Below, piece by piece: positions 55,661 through 64,000 of a stretch of 64,000 nucleotides of DNA. Source of the DNA: Octopus vulgaris (Eukaryota). The notes under the pieces were generated by a model. It was not told the DNA's origin. It was given only the letters and a program-made list of their open reading frames with translations, and searched no databases. The DNA lies in contig OX597820.1 in NCBI GenBank assembly GCA_951406725.2, positions 74,834,001 through 74,898,000 on the forward strand, given 5' to 3'. The translations under genes and the position numbers were made by a program. The first letter of the stretch is position 1. Every line of letters starts with the position of its first letter.

Positions 55661-56519
55661 TATGCTGAGAGGGATACGTAACGTGTGTTCGTGGTAAAAC
55701 ACTCACAGTATCACTTTTGACCAAGAAAAGTTAGGGAAGAGTTAGGCGAGAGGCTAACAAGGCATTCGCATCAAGCGAGCAAAAAATAGAAAAAATGGCG
55801 CTCCTTAACGGAGCTGTAGAACACCTATTGATTGATAAAAATATGAAGTAAAAGAAAAATAGATGCAACAGCACTGGTATAGATTCGAATTAGAAACACA
55901 ACAATGTCAATCCCCTATTCACTATCACAATTATCAATGAGCATACGAAGGGCCCTCTACAGAGTCATTGATTCTGCTAGAAATAGCTGTCAAATCTCCT
56001 TAGTAATACATCGAGTCGTCTCAAAGTTTATTTAATATTGTGCTAAGTACCCTTATTTCGAGAAAGAAATACATGATTACAGGGCTTGTATCATAGGTTT
56101 GCATCTTGAATGGTGACCTAGGGTTAAACAACAGGAACACACAGAGTCTCAAAAATATTTACTGTACCAACTACGTACATTGTCATCACCGGCATTAAAT
56201 AACAAATCAACCGGCAACAAAGGACGCATTCGACATGGTTGAATTGAGATACGAAATATTGAAATGGATACAAGTAGAACGCCGCCATGGAGGAACAACA
56301 ATATTTGACAATGTATTAGTGAAATATAAAAACAATGAAATGGAAAGGAATGGAATTCTTTTGATCATATGTCTGTTAAGTGAAGATTGAGCATGGCCTA
56401 GACAACAGCAACGACTCTGATAGCAGCATGAAGGTGTTACCTGGGTGTCAATTCCACAAGCAAGTACAAAGAGATGGAAACATAATGATGATAATGATGA
56501 TAATAATGATGGTGATAAA

Positions 56520-56581
<62 letters not shown>

Positions 56582-56816
56582 TGGTGGTGGTGGTGACAGT
56601 GATGATTGTATATGATACGAACACAAAAATTACATTTTGTGATTGTTATCGCTGTAGAGTAAAAGAAAATGTGACGTATATCTTTATCTAAATGTCTGTT
56701 TAAATTACGTTTCCCCACTATGAATCATTTCCGTGAATACACCCACTCACTCTCTCTCTCACTCTCTCTATCTCTCTGTGTCACACACGCACACACAAAC
56801 ACACACAAATACATAG

Positions 56817-56903
<87 letters not shown>

Positions 56904-56932
56904 CAAATATATATATACATGTGTGTACGTAC

Positions 56933-56974
<42 letters not shown>

Positions 56975-56982
56975 GAATATAC

Positions 56983-57015
<33 letters not shown>

Positions 57016-57017
57016 TG

Positions 57018-57066
<49 letters not shown>

Positions 57067-58249
57067 GATATATATATAGTTCTTTAAATATAGGCATACT
57101 TACAGTTGTTTATGCAATTTACATCGAATGTAAAATATTGATACTTGCCAGAATGTCTTCCGTTATGTGTGCTAGTACTTAAACAGATGTATGTAGTGTG
57201 TACGTGTGTGTGTGTGCGCGCGTGTGAGTCTGTGCTAGTTTCTTTCGATGTTATCTGACCCATTGTACTGATTTCTTTGTTTTTTTTAACTATTCTTACA
57301 ATAATTCAAATTTATCTATGTATTTATCTCTTTATCTATTTATCTATCTATCTATCTAACTAGCTATTTGTCTATCTATCTAATTATTTATCTACCCATT
57401 CAGTTAATCTATTTTACTATCTATCTGTATATTTATCAGTTTAACTTTCTACCCTGTTATCCTCTAAGTCTATATCTAAATGCACACGACTGCCTAGGAT
57501 ATTATACAATTCAAACAAGCTTACTCACGTATTTCTTTTATACATTTACTGAATAAACGAATGGGCGAGACAAGAATGAATTTACTACCAACTACTCAAT
57601 CATAGCCAATGTATAATCTGTTATACAATCGAGACACCATCGAAAATATCGTTTTCACTTGTTGTTTATTCCGAGCTCGGACCTAACCAAGTAAAGCTAT
57701 ACTGATAGAAGCTTCCTTTTTAACAATCCCATTTTCTTTTCAGGCAATATATTTTACAATTTGTCTAATCAAATGACATTGCCAATCTTTAGTTTTGATT
57801 TAACAAACTTCTTTATAGGAGCGGTCCAGCCGTGACCATTGATGCGTATTACCATTGCATGTCACTAAATAGGTTCTCCAATTCAAAAAACTATCATAAT
57901 CGAAGAGGTTACATTAAAAAATGAGAACTATAAAGGTTATGCTAGTATGACAGAAGAGACATTCAAAACAAAATTTTACAACCATACCTATCTCTACGCT
58001 CCATCATCTTTTGGCTCATTCTTTCGCTACAAACAATTCAAAGAAAATTTGGTTGCCATTTCAAGCACATCGAAATATCACGTATACACTCTCTTGTTGG
58101 CTCGTTTATTCAGAAGCACATAATCAAATATATCTATTCTTTCTAATATAGTCGGGTGTGGTTCAAAGACGTATTAAACTGTCGCTGCTTTGTTCAAATA
58201 TCATTCTTGCGATTTATCGCATAAAATTTCTGTAAAATTCTCTCTATTG

Positions 58250-58619
58250 TAGAAACATTATTATTCCTAAATCTCGCAACGAGAGATATTTAGTAGCAGT
58301 TTTTTAAATTACCGATTATTTGTCAACCTAATGTGGCAGTCCCGTTTAGGACGAATGCTACTGTTGTTTAGCCGCATGAAACATCGTCTCCTGTAAGCTA
58401 TACGACACGCGATCCGATCCGTGTTCTTATATTTTCGAACGGGAGGTGCTTGGCACCCCAGCCCAGCACAAAGCAGAGAGAGATATGGTATCTCCTGGGA
58501 CTAAACAACAGATGCATTCGTCCCAAACGGGACTGCCACATTAGGTTGGCAAATAATCGTTACTTTAAAGTACTGCTACTAAATATCTCTCGTTGAGAGA
58601 TTTAGGAACAATGTTTCTA
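58250..58619. mobile_element. Inverted-repeat element related to the 44008 and 1820 pLTR-like family
   Basis: Arms 58250-58372 / 58499-58619. Confidence 0.75.
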
Positions 58620-58998
58620 TTTATTAGATCAGTGACTGTTTGTCAATTAGAAAATTATATACATTTTAGAACGGGTGTTTAGCAGCGCCATCTCAGCGAA
58701 AGAGTTATTCAGTGCCGACGAAGGTAAACCGCACGGTCGGCAGATACTTCTTTTGTGTTAGTTGGGGGAGAGTAAGCCTCACTGTTCAAAAATATAATGA
58801 CACAAATCGTCTCTCTATTATATTGTTCCGGAAGTTACCGATTTGTGTCCATGTTAAAGCCCGATTTCGTTTCTTTACGGATTATAAATTCCTCTTGTCT
58901 GGGCGGGTAGTTGTATCACTGTCCTTGTATTAAAATAAAATTATTAGTGAGATAAGGTCAAAACAATTGCAGATCACGAAACGGTGCAAACATTTATG

Positions 58999-59030
<32 letters not shown>

Positions 59031-59189
59031 TACGCATATCCATAGAGTCACATAATGCATACAAGTGTGGGAAAAAGAACTATTATCATTACTATTATTG
59101 TTGTCAATATTAGTAGTACAAGTATTAGTATTAAGTAAGTACTTGTTAATTTAATGAGCAGGGATGTTATCTTGAGATTCGGTGACAAG

Positions 59190-59570
59190 ATGTCTTTAGA
59201 AATCTAGGGCTCTTGTAAAATATAAGGTGGTGCTTTTCCTTAGGTCGTCAAAGCATGTCACATTTCAATTATCCTTCAGCATATTACGTAGTATTTTTGG
59301 TGTGATGCGAAGAGCACCAGTTACCACAGGAATAATTGTTGTCTTAGTATTCTACAATTCTTTAAACTCTTCGGCCAGCTCCTGATATATTTTATTTTGT
59401 TTCAATTTCTTTGGTGTCGCCTCTACTCTTGTAAGGAATTGCAAAATATATGACTTTACGCTGTTTGCTATTTTCTTCTCAATAATCATAACTGGTCTTC
59501 TTGGTTCAATAGTATGGTCATCAGTCTTTGTGGAAAAGTCTCTCAAGACTTTTCTAATTCTCATTTTCTA
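59190..59570 (-). mobile_element. Dong/R4 LINE RLE fragment
   Basis: KVLRDF..DHTIEPRRP..IYQELAEEFKEL*..IIPVVTGAL. Confidence 0.75.
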
Positions 59571-59579
59571 TCTCAGTCT

Positions 59580-59812
59580 CTGGACGAAATGCTTAGCGAT
59601 ACTTCGCCCGTCGCCACGTTCTGAGTTCAATTTCCGCTCAGATCAACTTTGCCTTTCATCGTTTGAGGGGTCAATAAAAATAAGCACCAGTTAAACACAA
59701 AGAACTTTGTAATCTCCACAAATTTCAGACCTTGTGCTTATAGTAGAAAGGATTATGATTATTATTATTATCATTATTATCATTATTATTATTATTGTTA
59801 TTATTATTATTA

Positions 59813-59885
<73 letters not shown>

Positions 59886-60247
59886 TATTATTATTAAGGC
59901 GGCGAGCTGGCAGAAGCGTTAGCACGCCAGGTAAAATGCTTTGCGGTATTTCGTCTGCCGTTACGTTCTGAGTTCAAACTCCGCCGAGGTCGACTTTGCC
60001 CTTCATCCTTTCGGGGTGGATAAATTAAGTACCAGTTACGCACTAGGGTCGATATAATCGACTTCATCCGTTCGTCTGTCCTTGTTCGACCCCTGTGTAT
60101 TTAGCCCATTGTGGGTAGTAAAGAAATAGGTATTTCGCCCGTCGCTACATTCTGAGTTTAAATTCCAGCCAGTGAAACACTGGGGTCGATCTAATCGATT
60201 AGTCCCCTCTTCACAAATTTCAGGCCTTGTGCCTCCAATAGAAAGGA
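59580..60247 (+). mobile_element. Two SINE family B copies separated by (ATT)n
   Basis: Copies at 59580-59752 and 59896-60247. Confidence 0.85.
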
Positions 60248-61194
60248 TTATTATTGTTGTTGTTGCTGTTGATTGTTGTTGATTGTTGTTGTTGTGAAGC
60301 AACAAGACGGGTAAGGGTGATTAGGCAATGGTCTAGGGCTAAGGGGCGGGAGACCCCAGAACTTGGAAAAAATGTTTGGTTGTCTTGTTGTAGTCGAGGG
60401 CTCTTCGTTGACTCCCGACACCACTGGGTGGTGACCCTCGATGTCGCTGGAAATGGAGATCTCCAGGTCCAAATTCTTGAACGGATGCTGGTGGTGGTGG
60501 TGGTGGTGGTGGTGGTGGTGTGGATTTTACTCACTGTTGTTGCAACAGGTTATTTACAATTACACATACAAATATCAGTTCTATTTTCTTTGGAAACATT
60601 TGGAAATTTATTACTTTTCTTAATGTTATAAACTCTTCAGCTTAATATTTGTTTTGACTTTATTGTCGGACTATACGTATCTGTGTTTGATGCTGTATTA
60701 TGTTTCTATATATAAAAATTGGCATTACAATAACGTATCATTAGCAAGTATTGATATTAGCCTTCCATTATAAGATTTTATGAGTATTTTCCTGATCACT
60801 ATGGTTGTAAAACATTTAAATATATTTAAACTCAATTTCTTGATTTTGTTTTTACTATATCGTTTATATATTATATTTATTTATCTGCATCTATCATGAT
60901 TACCACCTTGCTGTTAAGAAAATAACAGAGAGAGAGAGAAATTTCTAATAACCGAATGTAAAGAGCTAAACAATGCAAAAACCAAGCAAGAGAGGGGCAA
61001 GTGAATAAATATCGAAATTATAACAAGTAAAATATGGTTTGTATGCTCAAAATATTCTGTAAAATGTACGAACTTTTGTCTGTAGGTAATTAAGAGTCAA
61101 ATATGAGAGTAGATGTCTCCTATCTATTTTGAGTATGAAAACAACCTATTGTATGTAAAATAAACCATTAGAAATTGAACATTGAAACTACATC

Positions 61195-61435
61195 ATACAG
61201 TATGTTCGAAAAGTTTCCGCGCAGTGAATTTTTTTCGTCCTGTGCATCGCCATAGCGATACTTCAAGAGCTTTTCGGTGAACAGATTATTTCGAAGGTAC
61301 TTTGGCTAGCAAGACCCCCTGATTTACCACCACCAGACTATTTTTTTTCTGAGGAGCATTTAAAGGATCTGTGTACAAGAAACGCCCGAAAACCATTAAA
61401 TATGTACTGCGGAGAGACCTTTTGAACACCCTGTT
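61195..61435 (+). mobile_element. Tc1-like transposase remnant
   Basis: WLARPPDLPPPDYF..FKGSVYKKRPKT (WPPRSPDL-type motif). Confidence 0.7.
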
Positions 61436-63862
61436 GAAATTACTTTTCCTTCGTTTTACAGTTTAACTCATCTCAGGATCAAATGTAATTTCCGATTTCA
61501 GTCAGATGGTTGTGTTTAATGCTTATAGTGAATGTTATTACAATGAGAAACGGCTGTCGTGATGAATTTCCTCGGGAACAGTACTGTGCACCCTTGAAAT
61601 TAAGTGATGATAATACTATATGATTATTATTCAATATACGTATTACAGTCAATGTAAGGTCGACTAAGGTGCTGAATCAGTAGAATTAGCTAAGAGATGT
61701 TTTGGCGCCATTTATTTGGCGTCGCTGATTCGACGCTGACCTATTTGACATCAGACGCTCTAGAGATGTTCATCTTCTCTCCTTCCCATCTAAGTGTGTG
61801 TGTTTATGTCTGTGTGCATACGTCTCTTTATGTGTATAAAGAGGATAGTATTTATTTCACACGCGTTCAATTAATAAATTGTAATCTCTCTCTTCCACTC
61901 GGCTTCTTTCCTTCCTTCCTTCCCTCCTTCCTTCCTTCCTTTCTTCCTCCCTTTCTTTCTTTCTTTCTTTTCCTCTCTCCTGTCTCCCTCCCCTCTCTCC
62001 CTCTCACTTCACAGTTTCTCCCTCTCCCCTCTCTCTCTCCTTATCGCCATGTGTATTCTCCTGTGCGCACACTTGTGGCTGTGTCTGTGTGTCTCCAAAA
62101 CACCTGCACCAATTTATCACACACCGAGAATGATTTGCGATTTTATTTCAACCCTCAGTTTCTTAAGTATAAATCACGCCAAGATCAACTTTGATTTTCA
62201 TTTCTTCAAATGTCAGTCTAGTGTGTTAGCGTTGTTAGAATGCCCGACGATGTGCCTTGCACGCAATCTATTCTTGGTCTGTGTTTTTTCAGTTCAAATC
62301 TTGCGTCAAGAATTGTGACCGACAACATATTGACAATCTAAGAATCAAGAGATTTTTTGCTTTTATACGTTTTAGTCAAGAGCGAAGGCAGCCTTTATGA
62401 TTTTTCCCACGGTATCCAGGACAACTGAGAAGGAAGGCAAGAGGAATGTGTCCTAAAACTAAAAAACAAAAAAATGCCCCTTTGCTTTCGGCCAAATAGG
62501 CATAATTTTGGATGATACTCCGTACGCAATTAATTCTCTCTACATTTTCTGTTGAGCAAAACGCTTTTTTTATTTCCTAGACGCAAGAACACATAATTCT
62601 CGTTACCGGTTTCCACGACGTATATGTAGCCGTGATCACAACACTCCTCTTCAACGGAAAGCCGATTCGTTGCGGGATCCAATGCTAGCAATTTTTAGGG
62701 GTAGGTCGATTAGATAGACCCCAGTACTTGGTTTGTTCTTTAATTTATCGCCCCCTCCCTAACCTTAACGCCCCGCCCACCAAATTGATTAAAACAAAGT
62801 TGACCTTGGTGGGATTTGAACTCTGAAAGTATAAAGCCGGAAGAAATGCTGCTAGGTATTTTTTCAGATGTGCTAATGATTCTATCAGTTCGCTGCGTTT
62901 GCTAATTAGAATAAATAATGAAGAATTTTAGAGCGTTGTACAAAATGTCGAACATTTACTCACGACTCTTTAAATGCTGTGGGCCGAATCTCATTGAAAT
63001 CAACGGTTCATTTCAATCTCGCATGGTTGGTAAAACAAAATGTCAGTGAAGCACAAGGAATCATGTGTATAATAATCTCCAGTATCCTCCACCAAACTTC
63101 CGTTTTGCGATCATATCAAACATAGATTTCTAGATACTGATATTTCTATATTAATTTCACACTACATCTAAATGAACTTAAACTGTCACCTTTCTGCGGA
63201 TAGCAAAAAGGAAATGGTTAGAGTATTTGAGAATTCCATATTTCTGTTCTTCTATCTATGTCAAGAACAAATATTTTTTATCAATGTCTAAATTATCTAG
63301 ATTTTGTTTCACTGACGATGAGTAGGGTCTTGGATTACGAATAGGGCAGATGGCAGTTGTATGTTTTACTAACATTGAATTGTCTTTATCTTTTTGACAC
63401 TTACATTTTAATGGAACAGTCAGCCTGTGACGAAGTTGTTTCGTTCTCGTCTGTCGATAACGAAAAGTATACTGATGGTTATTTCGATGGATACTATAGT
63501 TAGATGACCCCTTCAAAAGGGATGTGGTTTAATTAATCTGTATTTTTAGAGGTCTGACATCCTGTCCTTAGAAATCCACCATTTATAAGATACAGAAACA
63601 AAGGGTCGTTTCCCATGCACAAATACGCACACACATAGGGGCATACAAAAACAATATGTGTATATGAGAGACAGACAGAGAAACGCCAGTCAATCGTCTG
63701 CTTTTAATGATAAATTTAAACCTTTTAGAAAATATTGAGTAAGGGAACCTCATTACTGTTTGATTATTTTCACAAAAAAAACACACATGTACATATATAT
63801 ATGTGTGTGTACGTATACATGCATACATGCATACATACATACATACATGCATACATACATAT

Positions 63863-63893
<31 letters not shown>

Positions 63894-63926
63894 CATACAT
63901 ACATACATACGTATGGGGATAAAGAT

Positions 63927-64000
63927 ACGAGGTGGTACCCAAAAGAAACCGGAATTTTGGAATTTTATTGTATTCACTTAGTTTTTACATGTTTACATTT
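63927..64000 (+). mobile_element. Probable mariner-type TIR start, truncated by the window end
   Basis: TACGAGGTGGTACCCAAAAG..CCGGA immediately after TA. Confidence 0.45.

Overview
AT-rich eukaryotic genomic DNA, dense in microsatellites. The repeat content (tRNA-derived CORE-like and Meta/MESC-like SINEs, Dong/R4, CR1, Penelope-like elements) points to an octopus or other coleoid cephalopod; this is an inference. I found no intact host gene, and nearly all ORF-track entries are microsatellite or repeat artefacts. The main discovery lies in the non-repeat DNA between about 21.7 and 49.5 kb. Translated by hand through stops and frameshifts, it gives colinear decayed matches to influenza-like (Orthomyxoviridae/Articulavirales) proteins. 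PB2 and the PB1 C-terminus are strongest; PA, NP and the PB1 N-terminus/RdRp core are moderate; NA and M1 are weaker; HA and NS1 are weakest. This suggests one old endogenous viral locus holding possibly all eight segment types, since broken up by inversions, duplications and host transposons. All alignments were made by eye against remembered influenza A sequences and need HMM/tBLASTn confirmation. A second theme is many Penelope-type hairpin elements carrying minimal hammerhead ribozymes, including a tRNA-headed SINE with a hammerhead in its 3' part. There is one 100-N gap at 16131-16230.
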